The translations under genes were made by a program, and so were the position numbers. Positions 11,601-22,914 of a DNA stretch of 64,000 nt are shown here, one piece after another (the first letter of the stretch is position 1; each line of letters starts with the position of its first letter). The stretch comes from Flaccisagitta enflata (Eukaryota), in contig OZ231126.1 in NCBI GenBank assembly GCA_965153355.1, forward strand, positions 8,494,001 to 8,558,000, in the 5' to 3' direction. The notes under the pieces were generated by a model. The model ran no database searches. It had not been told where the DNA came from and worked only from the letters and a program-made list of their open reading frames with translations.

Positions 11601-14175
11601 AGGAGAACACCCGTACATGAGGTGCAGATCCCTTCAAGTACTACGTTACTGCAAATTCAATCGTGAAAAAAATCCTCACGAGTACCTCTTCTCTGAGCTG
11701 CAGTTATACCATCCTCATTGCAACTGCAAGAACTCAAATTTGGAAAGAGAAAGAGAGGATATTGAAGTCTGCCAAGTCACATTTTCCAACGCAAACATTG
11801 GTGGAGTAAAAAGCAAGATCATGCCATTTCTCGAGTCGGTGGAAGAGGGACTAGAAAGAGCTCAAGAGCTAATTAACACTATAGGCGATGAAATGGATCC
11901 ACAAAATGAACAAGACAAAGACGAATGCGAAGCGGAGGGTGTTGAAGATCATCCTGATTACTCTCATATCGACCCAGACAATCTACCGCAACAAGAAAAT
12001 GAAGCGAGTACGGGTCTCTTCAAAACTGTAATCCTCGAAACTGAAAAGGATTTGGTGGATCTAACCCGCAAACTGGATCCAGACCAACAGTCTGTATTAA
12101 ACATTTGTCTCAAGTATGCTTTCGAAATCCAAGTAAGTAGGAAAAAACCTACACAGGTGAAACCACCTCTCGTTATTGTTCAAGGAGGTGCTGGTGCGGG
12201 AAAGAGTCAAGTCATCAGAGTGATTTCTCAATGGTTTGAAAAACAATTGCGCCAAGCGGGAGATGATCCAGATAAACCATATGTTTTAATTACAGCGTTT
12301 ACGGGTTGTGCGGCTTCAAACGTGGATGGGATGACACTCCACAGCGCATTCAATTTTGGTTTTGGAAACGAGTTCTTGTCTCTTGCAGACAAAACGAGAG
12401 ACGAGAAAAGAGAAGCCTTGAAAAACCTAAGAATAGTGATCGTTGACGAATACAGCATGATGAAAGCGGACATGTTATATCAACTTGATCTGCGTCTCCG
12501 AGAATTAAAGCAAAATATGGAGGATCCATTTGGTGGCTGTGCCATTTTTCTATGTGGAGACATTCAGCAATTGAAGCCGGTGATGGGCCGATACATTTTC
12601 CAACAACCATTGTGTGCGGATTACCATTTACCATATATGATTGATCCATTGTGGCGCAAATTCCAAATTGTCTTCTTGACTCATAACCACCGTCAAGGCG
12701 AGGACAGAGTCTACGCTGATATTCTGAACCGGATGCGGACAGGGGACCACACCGAGGAAGATTGTCGCACTCTCGAAGGCCGAGTCATCAGTGAAAAAGA
12801 TCCAGCCTTACCCATCGATGCTCTTCATGTGAACTGCACAAACAATGGAGTCAACAAAATAAATAACCAACGACTCAATGCCATGCACGGACAACTTCAC
12901 TCCTTTGTCGCTTCAGTCAGCAGATCTGGCGAGAAGCTGCAGAATCGAGACGGAACCCCTAAAGCTCCAAAATTGAAAGCAGATGGTTGTATCTTCAACA
13001 CGCCACTTCAATATAAGTTGGACTTAAAAATTGGAGCGAGGGTCATGTTGACCTACAACGTCGACACTTTAGATTCCTTGGCAAATGGCGCTCTTGGCGA
13101 AGTTATTGGATTCGAAACATCAAGCAACAAAACCGTGAAATCTATATTGGTCCAATTTGAAAATGTGAAAGTTGGCCAACAAAAAAGAAAACAAAATTCT
13201 AGATCTCTTCAACAGAAATTTCCCAACATCGCCGTGACGCCCATCGCAAAAATTGAATGCCGATTCCACTTGTCCAAAAATCCTACTTCACAAAATGATT
13301 TCATGCTGGCAACGCAGTTTCCTTTGAAGGTGGCATTTGCCAGCACCGCCCACAAGATTCAAGGCTCGACAATCAAAGCTCCAAAGCAATTGATCGCCGA
13401 CTTGAAATCTGTAAGGGAAGCTGCTCAAGGCTACGTCATTTTGAGCAGAGTACAGAAACTTGACCAACTCTTCATCCTCAATGAATTTCCGAAGGACAAA
13501 ATTTATCCTTCAAATACGGCCATGGAAGAACTCCAGAGACTCCAAGAACTAGCAGAGAATGATATTTCAAATCGACAAGAAGTCCTCATTTCTTCCATGA
13601 ACATAAGATCACTGATGAAACATCATAAAGACATTGAAAATAATGCAAAAATTCGATCAAGTGTCATCGCATTGCAAGAGACGTGGTGCGATGGAGGACA
13701 TACTAACGATAATTTCCCACTGCAAGGTTATAACTTGCAGTTGGTCAGCCAAGGTCATGGAAAAGGCGTCGCTGTCTATTTCAGAACGGGATTTGTTGTT
13801 GCTGGAATCTTCAATAAAGAACTGTATCAAATGGTGAAGGTAGCTTGTGATGAATTTGACATCATTAACGTTTATCGATCGAAAAATGCCAATAAATCGG
13901 AGTTTCTCAAAGATCTTGGGTGCCTCGCAAGAGGAACAAAAGCCTGTTACATCGTTGGTGACTTTAACATTGACTTTTCTGTCGAACCAAAGGATTTCGT
14001 CATCAGAACGATTCTCTCAAATGGATTCTCTCAAATTGTTACAACTCCAACTCATCTGCAAGGTGGACTTATTGATCATGTCTATTGCAAAAATGTTTCT
14101 TTCGAACCTCAAGTACGCTTGAGTCATTGTTATTACTCTGATCATGCATTGATTTCTGTTTGTAAACCAATTTGA
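8653..14175 (+). CDS. Helentron Rep (HUH)-PIF1-family helicase-APE/EEP endonuclease transposase
   Basis: Rep motifs FFFTLS, YRIEFQFRGAPHAH, YISDYYCK; helicase motifs GGAGAGKS, IVDEYSM, GDIQQLKPV, HRQ, QFPL...TAHKIQGST, YVILSRV; endonuclease motifs NIRSL, LQETW, GDFNID, IDHVY, YSDH; the frame is open upstream to 8320 and encodes FCICCHR...ICHTC. Confidence 0.96.
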   Translation: MAPMSNRNKLEFVNIEAHPELKLSELEQQLVARNLIFQKIVLLPKTRMNAMKDKTVSVPIEPSDVMETLTMLPRTPTDARLAVVQLKRRLNYPGIHNQQLINMRNVMQALHTFIEMENPHYKGIVEDVGFKERCMETDPEGFKILFPDEESLSNSPNCDLSTTQPTVNPLIVNSSPEINSQPIPQDEAQDPKKSEQELDAEEEEKQYKTHDPVGKSQFNYNRSTCFGNNHPEIFVEENVEENTEEPTKVAPGEGKIPQSILYEEDLEVKSFPCFFPDGKNGKDEKRDVSLSEQNYWVQRILNIDDRCGNCPPYVFMAAAHTEMKQMTRNINLSFQRGLERVRPDGSSVYTLEDPYMVLDNIKNTPRYWKQARGELFAKLENLGPFTFFFTLSCADVRWPENFTSLLEGHKVAFESINGEEKYYVDGEPLEDFLKAYPSKHEFIRNNLLNATLNFQHRLKMFIKHIVLSRVSPLTVDHFNYRIEFQFRGAPHAHGTLWMDWLRFSALPNQDIRNIVEGLNLIKAGDMLTSTHTKSLVSFADLFVSVSLKNPATKEIVKEVNIHHHTKKACQKYGTTCRFNFPRFPIHQTTISAPSHIIYPDEKERKEKMLKHAIFLEAVKDVLEDETKMTSVCLHNQEKIQDICQERQLKWQLQALIAEKSHEKSTNVPVDLQEFLQDVVGDDGRVQIKELEKKESQLDDREEELTLIIKTRVEKMLSLIDITNLTPDALPMLERYEAALSVNKRGYSIHYKRDVDEIMVNTYNPEWIQAWNGNMDFQLCLDYFAVITYISDYYCKDDSGAMKMLQEALKEFMHEDLKTQLKKMVSVFLTHRQMGESEAYYRILPSMHMKESSITTIFAATGFNPSRYLEKVDEKEVHKCDKIVEVEGRTGKYQEKPSIYEKYLRRNCSKQPHIKNLSYAQFVKRYQSVGKIDEDFDFSPKKVAKTFDKNGSPIYNNHIITREYDNLDEVLELPKFIEITDVKPGEHPYMRCRSLQVLRYCKFNREKNPHEYLFSELQLYHPHCNCKNSNLEREREDIEVCQVTFSNANIGGVKSKIMPFLESVEEGLERAQELINTIGDEMDPQNEQDKDECEAEGVEDHPDYSHIDPDNLPQQENEASTGLFKTVILETEKDLVDLTRKLDPDQQSVLNICLKYAFEIQVSRKKPTQVKPPLVIVQGGAGAGKSQVIRVISQWFEKQLRQAGDDPDKPYVLITAFTGCAASNVDGMTLHSAFNFGFGNEFLSLADKTRDEKREALKNLRIVIVDEYSMMKADMLYQLDLRLRELKQNMEDPFGGCAIFLCGDIQQLKPVMGRYIFQQPLCADYHLPYMIDPLWRKFQIVFLTHNHRQGEDRVYADILNRMRTGDHTEEDCRTLEGRVISEKDPALPIDALHVNCTNNGVNKINNQRLNAMHGQLHSFVASVSRSGEKLQNRDGTPKAPKLKADGCIFNTPLQYKLDLKIGARVMLTYNVDTLDSLANGALGEVIGFETSSNKTVKSILVQFENVKVGQQKRKQNSRSLQQKFPNIAVTPIAKIECRFHLSKNPTSQNDFMLATQFPLKVAFASTAHKIQGSTIKAPKQLIADLKSVREAAQGYVILSRVQKLDQLFILNEFPKDKIYPSNTAMEELQRLQELAENDISNRQEVLISSMNIRSLMKHHKDIENNAKIRSSVIALQETWCDGGHTNDNFPLQGYNLQLVSQGHGKGVAVYFRTGFVVAGIFNKELYQMVKVACDEFDIINVYRSKNANKSEFLKDLGCLARGTKACYIVGDFNIDFSVEPKDFVIRTILSNGFSQIVTTPTHLQGGLIDHVYCKNVSFEPQVRLSHCYYSDHALISVCKPI

Positions 14176-14695
14176 TCGTTATTGTATAAGTTCTTGCTAC
14201 TGAAAAAAAGTAATTTGATTCATAAGAGGGTGGAAGAAATATAAATGTTACTAACAAATAAAAGGATGATGATGCTAATACCTTATTCTTCATCATATTT
14301 GTTTGTGACATTTATATTTCCATGCACTATTAGCTGGAGGAAGAAGTTTAAATCTTTAGTATACTTTAATATGATCTGGACTAAATCTATGCCTTTCAGC
14401 TGACAGTGCATGTGGGTGGTATGAATCAAATTATTTTTTTTAATTAAGTTTGCCTTTGCTTACTCATTAAATGTTTCAATTCTCATATTTTCATGATTCA
14501 TATCAAAACTTATTTAGTCATATCATATATTCTCTTATCTTATTTCAAATATCTAAGAGGAATCAGTTTATATCTTTCTCTTTATCTCTGACTCTTTATA
14601 TTTTCATATTATTATATCTTGATATCTTAATAAATTGTATGATAATATCTTACGTCTAAAGAGGACGCATCTATTGGACATCTCTTGGCCTTGTT

Positions 14696-14714
14696 AAACC
14701 TAAACTCGACTCAG
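14696..14714 (+). CDS. Chapaev transposase exon 3, 3' remnant (KPKLDS-G)
   Basis: In frame with 5908-5910 after Helentron removal; GT donor at 14715 splices to 15458 to give DSGVKK. Confidence 0.75.
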
Positions 14715-14723
14715 GTTCAATAG

Positions 14724-15168
14724 AACAAGCCCGGGCGGGAGACTTGATGTGTCATCAGCGCGATATTAGAGGAAGCGTAACGGATATACCGATGGATCGA
14801 CGGAAAGACCGACGGACAGACCCTCTTATAGCAGGCGTGTATAAAGTTGAGCATTACCCCCCCCCGGCGGGGGGGGGGAATAAAATCAAAGGGTTTGGAG
14901 ATGGGGAAAAAAAAAAAGAAAAAAGGAAATTTTTGAGGATTTGGTAGTTCCAAATGGTAGTCTCTGCTTACTACAACACATTTTAACACTATTTAAACCT
15001 ATAATGTACTGTTTTATTGCTTTATGGGGAAGAAAATCATAGATTTTGTAACGCGACGCAATGCGTCGTGGGGAAGAAAATCAAAGGCAGGGGGGGGGGG
15101 GAATAAAATCAAAAGCCGCTCAACTATATACACCCCTGTCTTATAGAGATGCAATGACGCATCTAAAA
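14724..15168 (-). mobile_element. HINE sharing its 5' end with the autonomous Helentron
   Basis: Reverse strand reads TTTTAGATGCGTCATTGCATCTCTATAAGA[MITE]GGGTCTGTC...ATGACACATC...GCCCGGGCTTGTT. Confidence 0.8.
14832..15138. mobile_element. hAT-type MITE (CAG...CTG termini, 8-bp TSD)
   Basis: TIR CAGG(C/G)GTGTATA(A/T)AGTTGAGC; TSD TCTTATAG on both sides. Confidence 0.88.
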
Positions 15169-15332
15169 GGCTGGATGAGGAGCTACTCTACATCCTTAAG
15201 CTCATACTTGCTTAAATACTTGTTTGGACAGACAAACTAATGGACGCACTGAAGGACGGATCAACATAGCAATGTGTGTTAGGGTGGTCACGAAATGGGG
15301 TCAAATTTGTATCACACAACCAAAATTATGAT

Positions 15333-15404
<72 letters not shown>

Positions 15405-15457
15405 TTTTTGTCTCCGTATTTCTGGAAAATATCAAAAATAAAAATGAATATCATCAG

Positions 15458-15621
15458 GCGTCAAAAAATGCTTTCTAATGGCGGTTGTACGGAATATTCC
15501 TGAGACGCACGGCAATCTGGAGAAAATTGTCACAAGGCTTCAACTTGATCGAGTCAAGCTTCTCTTCAAAATCACTTTACCCATGGATCTGAAATGTGGG
15601 AATGAGGGTCTTGGATTGTCG
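15458..15621 (+). CDS. Chapaev transposase exon 4 (second catalytic D, MDLK)
   Basis: catcag acceptor; GVKKCFLMAVVRNIPETHGNL...LPMDLKCGNEGLGLS; gtgagg donor. Confidence 0.85.
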
Positions 15622-15665
15622 GTGAGGATAATCAGATACCTACTTGAATTCACAGGGACAAGTCG

Positions 15666-15924
15666 GGGTGTGTTTCTACTGATTACAAGAATCTCGATTG
15701 TTCCTATGAAACGCGTTTTAGGCGTGAACACATCTTCATGAATTTGAATGGTCCCACAGGGGAGTGAGCAAAGTGAGTGAACAAGCAAAGTGAGTGAGCG
15801 AGCCAATGAACATAGCAAAGCAGAGCGGAGCGAGTGAGCAGATTGAGCGGTGCGAGCGAACGAACATTGCGAGCAACCGAGTGGTCCGTTCAAAACGCGA
15901 TTTTCTGTGACTAGAAACACGCCC
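15666..15924. mobile_element. ~260-bp MITE with 14-bp TIR GGGTGTGTTTCTA(G); superfamily unresolved
   Basis: Ends ...CTAGAAACACGCCC; other copies at 27957-28239, 35409-35993, 43705-43985 and a partial one at 24380-24615; TSD not clean. Confidence 0.75.
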
Positions 15925-16641
15925 TTGGTCGGATGGCCATTCCATCGGTCAGTGACAGAGGAGGAAGAAAAACAGAAAAGGAAAGCAAAAAAGAAAAAGA
16001 AAAGATAAAGAAAGTAAAAGTAGAGACGAGAAAAAAAGAAAAAAAAAGGAGAAGAAGATAAAGCAAAGAAACAAAAAAAAAAGAAAAAGAAAACGAGGAA
16101 GCAGTAGACGAAGCAGTAGACGAAGTAGGGAAGAAGAAGAAGAAGAAGAAGAAGAAGAAGAAGAAGAAGAAGAAGAAGAAGAAGAAGAAGAAGAAGAAGA
16201 AGAAGAAGAAGCAAGGACGAAGAAGAGGAAGACGAAGAAGAAGAAAAAGAAGAAGAAGAAGAAGAAGAAGAAGAAGAAAAAGAAAAAGAAAAAGAAAAAG
16301 AAAAAGAAAAAGAAAAAGAAAAAGAAAAAGAAGAAGAAGAAGAAGAAGAAGAAGAAGAAGAAGAAAAAGAAGAAGAAGAACAACGACGATGACGACGACG
16401 ACGACGACGACGACGGAGAAGAAGCACTAGACGAGGATAAAGGCACAGATGATGGATAAAGGCACAGATGATGGATAAAGGCACAGATGATGGATAAGAA
16501 GAAGAAAATGTGACAAAAGAAAATTTAAAACAAAAACAAAAGGAAAAAAAATGAAGAAAAGAAGAAAAGAGAGAGCAGGAAGGGAGAGTAAGAATTATGG
16601 TTTAGATATTGAAGAATAAATCGCAATGCTTTGATCTGCAG

Positions 16642-17104
16642 CCTCATGGGGGAAAATTTGCTTGTCTATATTGCGAATCGGAACGCGAGCTGAAAGGTGG
16701 TAAAGTCCGTACGTTTGGATCTCTTCGAAAACATCATGCTCAATTCCTGAAGGCTGGGGGAAGACTCCGGGATGCGTCTAAATATGCGAACTGCATTAAC
16801 AAGTGCCTCCTCAACGAAGACGATGCGACGCGCGTGATCGACGTCATTCCACCCGAGGAATTGCATCTGCTGATTGGGGGCGTCCAAGTTCATCTCAATT
16901 TGCTGATCAACATTTACGGTCTTCAGTTCGTGGAAAAGTGGACCAGGCGCGTTGGGGTAGTTAGGCACGGCTACCAGGGTGGGGGATACGACGGAGTCAA
17001 CAGCAAGAGGATCTTGAATCTGGTGGACGATCTCAGCGCCTATCTGCCGCCTAACTGTGCCCCAATCATCGCCTCCTTGAGGGCATTCAAATCGATTGTT
17101 GAAG
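16642..17104 (+). CDS. Chapaev transposase exon 5
   Basis: ctgcag acceptor; PHGGKFACLYCE...RTFGSL...PPEELHLLIG...GYDGVNSKRIL; phase-1 GT donor at 17105. Confidence 0.85.
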
Positions 17105-17316
17105 GTTGTTAAGAAAATTGTCTTTAATTCCAACTATTGTCTCTTGATATCCAAAGACTGTTCATTCTCGTGATTGATATTTTTCGCGTGTGATTTAGTG
17201 AGTGTGTGTGTGCGGAGGGGGGGGGGTTGGTTGTGGTTGGTCGTTGGAGGCCCCTGCCCACCCATCTACAAAGAAATTGTGACACCGCACCACTTGTTGA
17301 CTTTTTCAATTCCAAG

Positions 17317-17645
17317 GATGCTTTGGTGCCCATTTACACGCTGACTACCGCGATTTCATCGATACATTCCGATCCAAGTTTGAGGAACTGATTGATTACG
17401 CCAGAGACATCTTCAATGTAGAGGTCAAAGTTTCGTGGAAAATACACATTGTGGTAGCCCATGTTTCCCAGTGGCTGTACAGTCACCCAACAGGTCTCGG
17501 ACCATATGCTGCCCAGACCTGCGAAAGCGCTCACTCAGACTTTAAGCGTACAAAAAAGCGATTTTTGGTGTCAGAATCAAATCCGACTCATCAGGCCAAA
17601 TTACGTCGATCAGTTGTTGAATATAGCTCACGGCACGTCACGTAA
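17317..17645 (+). CDS. Chapaev transposase exon 6 (catalytic E)
   Basis: ccaag acceptor; GCFGAHL...SWKIHIVVAHV...GLGPYAAQTCESAHSDFK...stop. Confidence 0.85.
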
Positions 17646-18139
17646 ACAAATAATGCCATGCCACGGCCATGTGAGAACAATTTTCCAAATCGGCCTGTAT
17701 TCATAACCATGGGCGTAATTTTGTTTCCTTTGCCCCGTTGAATCATTAACATTGAATTTAATTTCTTTATACATCTGAATTTTGTTGAAACGCATTCTTA
17801 CTATGAAATGTTGAAAAGCTGTGCAGTACAATCTCATACTATCTACTATTGTAATTTGTTTCGTCGCCATCCGGTGGGCAGGGACAATGAAAAATAGGCT
17901 TCACTTTTTTATTTTAACAGTAATGTAAAACTACCAGTAAAGGCCAACAAAACGAGGTTGTATACAAACCAACCAACAGACAGATCAACTGACCGGACGA
18001 TAGACTGACAGACGTGGCAGGTTATCAAGACATGTAGTTGGAGATTTAATCTTTCAAATGAGACCAAGGGCAAATTTTCATGTCTGTTGGTCAAAGAGTT
18101 ACAGGCGAAACAAAAGCAATTACGGAAGATATGAAAAAA

Positions 18140-18697
18140 TACAAAAACCTGTACCACCATAGTAACTTTGACAGCTCATAATTTGGTTATTTTTTTATTA
18201 ATCTACAAAAAATTGGTGACATTTAAAAAACTCTTCAAAAGATCTGTCTAATGAGACAAGAAACAAGAATCTTCATCCATTCCTGCAAAAGTAATGAGCA
18301 AAACAAGAGCATTTATGCATTATACAAAAAGTTACAACAACCTATATCCTTAGGATCACTTTGACCGCTCATAATTTGGTTGTATTTTGATGAATCTACA
18401 AAAAATTGGTGACAGTTGGAAAGTTCATCGAAAGATCTATCAAATGAGCCCATCTGCAAGTATTTTCATCAATATGTTAAAAAGATATAAGCAAAACAAG
18501 GACATATATGCAGTTTTGGAAAAGATACAACAACCTGTACTTCCTCATGGTAAAAAAGTGGGATTTTAAAAAAATGCGCCATACAACTTTTTTTGCAATC
18601 ATTTGCTATGGATTTATACATCATCTGAGCATGTAAAACTGTAAAAAAAGTTGCAGTTATGTCAAAACGAACGTAAAGGTATGGCTTCAGAGCAGTG
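18140..18697 (-). repeat. Right TIR of the Chapaev element
   Basis: Reverse complement of the left end; two subrepeats, the inner one diverged. Confidence 0.88.
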
Positions 18698-18914
18698 GTG
18701 TGGATTTGTTGTTGTCATCTCACACATTTAACCCGCATTCCTTCACAGTTTTGAATCTATAAACCCACATCTCCATACTCCCGACACTTCACATGCCCAC
18801 ACTCCAAATCTCTACACTCTCCACACTCCACAAGTCCACATGCCCACACTTCACATGCCCACACTCAACATGCCCACACTCCACATCTCTACACTCCACA
18901 TCTCCACACTCCAT

Positions 18915-20508
18915 ATTGGGGTGTCGGTATCAATCAAGTTTGGAAATGCCAATTGGACGTATGACCAGGCCATGCCCAATCACAAATCATCTTAATAACG
19001 AGAAGGAAAAGTCCATGAGACTTGATCATGCATATGTACTTGTCTTGGAATGATATGCTTGATGTCATGTCAAAATTGAAAACCGGAAAAGCATCGGCAA
19101 GTTTCATCAAGGCAGAGCATATACTTTACGGATCTCCTAAATTAGCGTGGCATTTGCATCTTTTATTTAACGCAATGATTCAACATTCATATGTGCCGCA
19201 CGATTTCTTGAATGGTGTAATTACACCCCTAATTAAAGATAATGAAGGTGATCACTCTGATCCAAAAAATTACCGTGGTCTGACTTTAGGTGTTGTTTTT
19301 TCATATTTATTTGAACATGCCATGTTGATCAAAATTGGCCATCTTTTATATACTGACTCAGTACAATTCGGGTACAAGAGACATCACTCTACATCACATG
19401 CTATTTTTTCTTTAAAAGAATGCGTTGATTATTTCACTGACCGCGGTTCAAATATTTTTGCTGCCTTTTTAGACTGTTCGAAAGGTTTTGACAAGGTGAA
19501 CCATAGTGGAATGTTTATTAAGTTGATGAAACGAGGTTTACCACTTTGTTTTTTGAATTTACTAATATATTGGTATTCAAATCTAACAAGTATGGTTAAA
19601 TGGAATGGAATATTTAGCAAAACTTTTCGTGTGTATTCTGGTGTTCGCCAAGGGGGCGTTCTTAGTCCGCGCCTCTTTGCAATTTACATTGATGACTTGA
19701 TTTTACAATTGAGAAAGTTAAATGTTGGATGTCATTTAATTGAACTTTTTCTTGCTTGCGTAGTTTATGCCAATGACATTTGTCTATTAGCCCCATGTCG
19801 CTCCGCTTTGCAATTACTTTTAGATACCTGTGTTTCTTATGGACTCTCTTGGTGTTTATCTTACAATCCTACTAAATCGAAAGTAATGTATTTTGGAAAA
19901 GGTGTTCAATCACCAACATTTGAAATGTATGGAAAGCCTCTCGAGTACGTTGATAGGTATAAGTACCTAGGTGTAACTGTTGTTGCTGGTGCTACATTTA
20001 CGACGTCACATTTGAAACCACTAATTAGTTTTCGTTCAACTGCTAATACGATTCTTAATGTCCATCAGAGACCATCCGAACAAATTCTTATGAAAATGTT
20101 GTATGCAGCGTGTGTGCCTCATTTAACCTATGCAGCAGATGTTGTTCAATATTCGGTTGCTCAAATGCAGCAACTTAACGTTGCCTTGAACGACTGTATT
20201 CGCCGGATTTTCACCTACAACAGGTGGGAAAGCGTTCGTTTTTTACGTCTCTCATTTGGGTATCCATCACTGACCGAAATTTTTGATAATCGCTCTCGGA
20301 AATTTGTGAAACAACTCTCGGTGATAGGCAATTCAACCTTAAAACGTTTGCAACAGATACTTTTACAACGCTTAGTTGACTCAAACTGACATGTTGTCTT
20401 TTGGCCTTTTTTTTCCTCCTCCTCCCCCCCTCCCACACTTAGAGTAAACCTAGAGTTAGATGTATGTTGCTGTACGCTCTGTCGCTCATGACGAATAAAA
20501 GATATTAT
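18915..20508 (+). mobile_element. 5'-truncated non-LTR retrotransposon (LINE), clade unresolved
   Basis: RT ORF without an endonuclease domain; short 3' UTR with AATAAA at ~20494; 5' boundary approximate, TSD not identified. Confidence 0.8.
19022..20389 (+). pseudogene. LINE reverse transcriptase (C-terminal part of ORF2), YADD mutated to YAND
   Basis: NYRGLTL, QFGYK..HST, FLDCSKGFDKV, GVRQGGVLSP, YANDI, YKYLG. Confidence 0.9.
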
Positions 20509-21871
20509 ATCTTCAGCTAGCATGTAAAAAAAAAAAAAAATTGTTGAGGGTGGCAAAAAAAAAAGTGATTTCTATGTAAAATTGCATCAGGAATCCATTT
20601 TTGATGTTTTTAGGGCCCTACGAGGGGGCCCCTAAAAACGCACAAAAAAAAAAAACAGCCAAAATTAGCCTATTTTGGCTATTTTTGTTGAAAATATTTT
20701 GCTTAATGAGACCCCAACCCCCAAATTTTTTTGGTGGTAATACTTCTTGATGTAAGAGACTGAAAACAAAATGATCATGATAGTAAGTGATGGTTGGGGT
20801 ACCTAAAAAGGCCCAAAAAGGGCCCGTAAAACATAGAAATATCACTTTTTTATTCATTGCGCGTCTTAAAATGCTTGGATTCCTACAAAATTTGAAATGG
20901 AACTTCTCATTTTATGCAACAAGCTTCCTGCAAAGTTTTGTGGCCACTTTTGAACAGTAGACGTCGGGAAATTATCAAAAAGTCGTGAAAACCCCTCAAC
21001 CACCGGCTTAAAAGATGACCAGATGTGTTGTTATGATATAACAATAATAAAAATTCCTTAAGTTTTAGTATCCTGTCAACGGAAAAAATAATGAGTCAAG
21101 GACTACACGCCAGAGCAAATTGATAAACTTTTTAGATAAATCTTTGGACAAATTCTTTTGTATCTCTGCGATAGCTTATATTCTTAGGCAAGAATCTGAA
21201 TTCATTACGGAATCTAACGTAATTTTCCATGTAGAGTCCAAATCTGTCGTCAAAAATGAGTTTGACTGACGCTAGATGGCGCAAAATGGCGCCTTTTATC
21301 GGCGCGCCACTTCCGGTTATGGTGAAATTGCTAATTTGGAGGTAATTCAGACCAAGCGCATAAGAGAGAGTGGTTACCTATAGGATTCCAGGTATTACAA
21401 ACCCACTGACACTCAGAAAGCCAGCTTTTTTTGATACATTTACATTCTCCCTCAAGTGACGTCACTTCCGGTTAAAAAAGCATTTTTCACAAATTGGCAA
21501 AAATGTAAGACCGAATGATGTATGGCGCAACAAAAGGTTATGCGGAATTACAATGCCGTCGCACACAAGGGGGGAAAGGGCGTGTATTCCTCTAAATACA
21601 CACATGGATGCTCTTTTCGACCGACAGATTGAGAGACCGACAGACAAAGCCTCTCAAAGTCGCATGTTCCAAAAAGGTTTGATGGCGTTATTTCCAGTTC
21701 CCATTACAAAAACAAGGCAACCAACTCTAAGTCGCGTGCGGTCGTCAAGACTAAAAAACGAAAAATCAAAATGTAAACAGCTTAAAAAGCTTAGCGTACC
21801 GACAGACAGTCAGACGGACATAGCGGGTCAGAGTCGCGTGCACGCAACTATAAAACCACAAAAAAAAAGAA

Positions 21872-22468
21872 AAACAAGGTCAACAAACCTTAGTCGCGTG
21901 GTAATAAAGGTAATAAAGGTAATTAAGGTAATCAAGGTAATTACATAATTACTAATAATTACCTAAAAATACTTATCTTTATACCTAAAGTACCCTGAAG
22001 TACCCTAAAGTACATAAAGTACCCTTAAGTACCTAATGTACCCTAAAAAACCCTTAAGTACTTAAAGTTCCCTTAAGTACTCTAAAGTACCCTTAAGTAA
22101 CTTAAGAGGTGACTTAAGTGATCTAAGTGGCTTAAGTGACTTAAGTGACTTAAGGGGTGACTTAAGTGACCTTAAATGACTGAATTTAATTCTAAATGAT
22201 TTATTTTACATTCAAAATGACTTAAATGACCTTAAAAATGAATAAAAAGGCTTTAATCTATTTTGGTTACCGACAGACGGACGGACCGACCGACCGACCT
22301 AAAGTACCCTTAAGTACCTAATGTACCTTGAATTACCCTAAAATACCCTTAAGTACCCTAAAGTACCTTTAAAATGAAGATTAGAGCCATATTTCAAAAA
22401 AGTTACGTTACGGACCGACCGACCGACCGACACAGCGGCTTCTAGAGTCGCGTTCACGCGACTAAAAA
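21872..22468 (-). mobile_element. HINE with central 9-10-bp minisatellites
   Basis: AACAAGG...AGTCGCGTG at the left end, AGTCGCGTTCACGCGACTAAAA at the right; AAGGTAATT, AAGTACCCT and GACTTAAGT repeats inside. Confidence 0.75.
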
Positions 22469-22914
22469 TACTAAGAACAAATGAACCATCATGGTTTGTT
22501 TTTTTTTAGTTGCGGACACGCAACTCTATAAGAGGCTTTGTCAGTCCGTCGGTCCGTTGGTCCGTTGGTCCGTTGGTCCGTCCATTATGGTGATCGAGTT
22601 GAAAAGTGGGAAAATGAACTTTTTTGATACTCTTTGTGTAGGTTTTAATGTTGGGGGTGAATTGGGGTGTGAATGGGGGTTGGATGCCCCTGCATGTATA
22701 CCCGTCCGCAACGATATTGTGACCACGCATTACTTATTTATGTAGATTCCATCGATATTTCATCAGTATTTCAAAATTTCATCAGTATATTATTAGATGT
22801 GAAAGAATGCAACTTTCAAAACATTAGATTGAGTATGAATACAAAGTTCAAAATACAATACAATTAAAACAACGCTCAATCCGTATCTTTTTGACCCAAC
22901 GCCTAGATTATTCC

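Noticed and set aside
13580-14175. Separate LINE endonuclease insertion
   Set aside because: It is in frame with the helicase and inside the subTIRs; an APE fusion is an established Helentron feature
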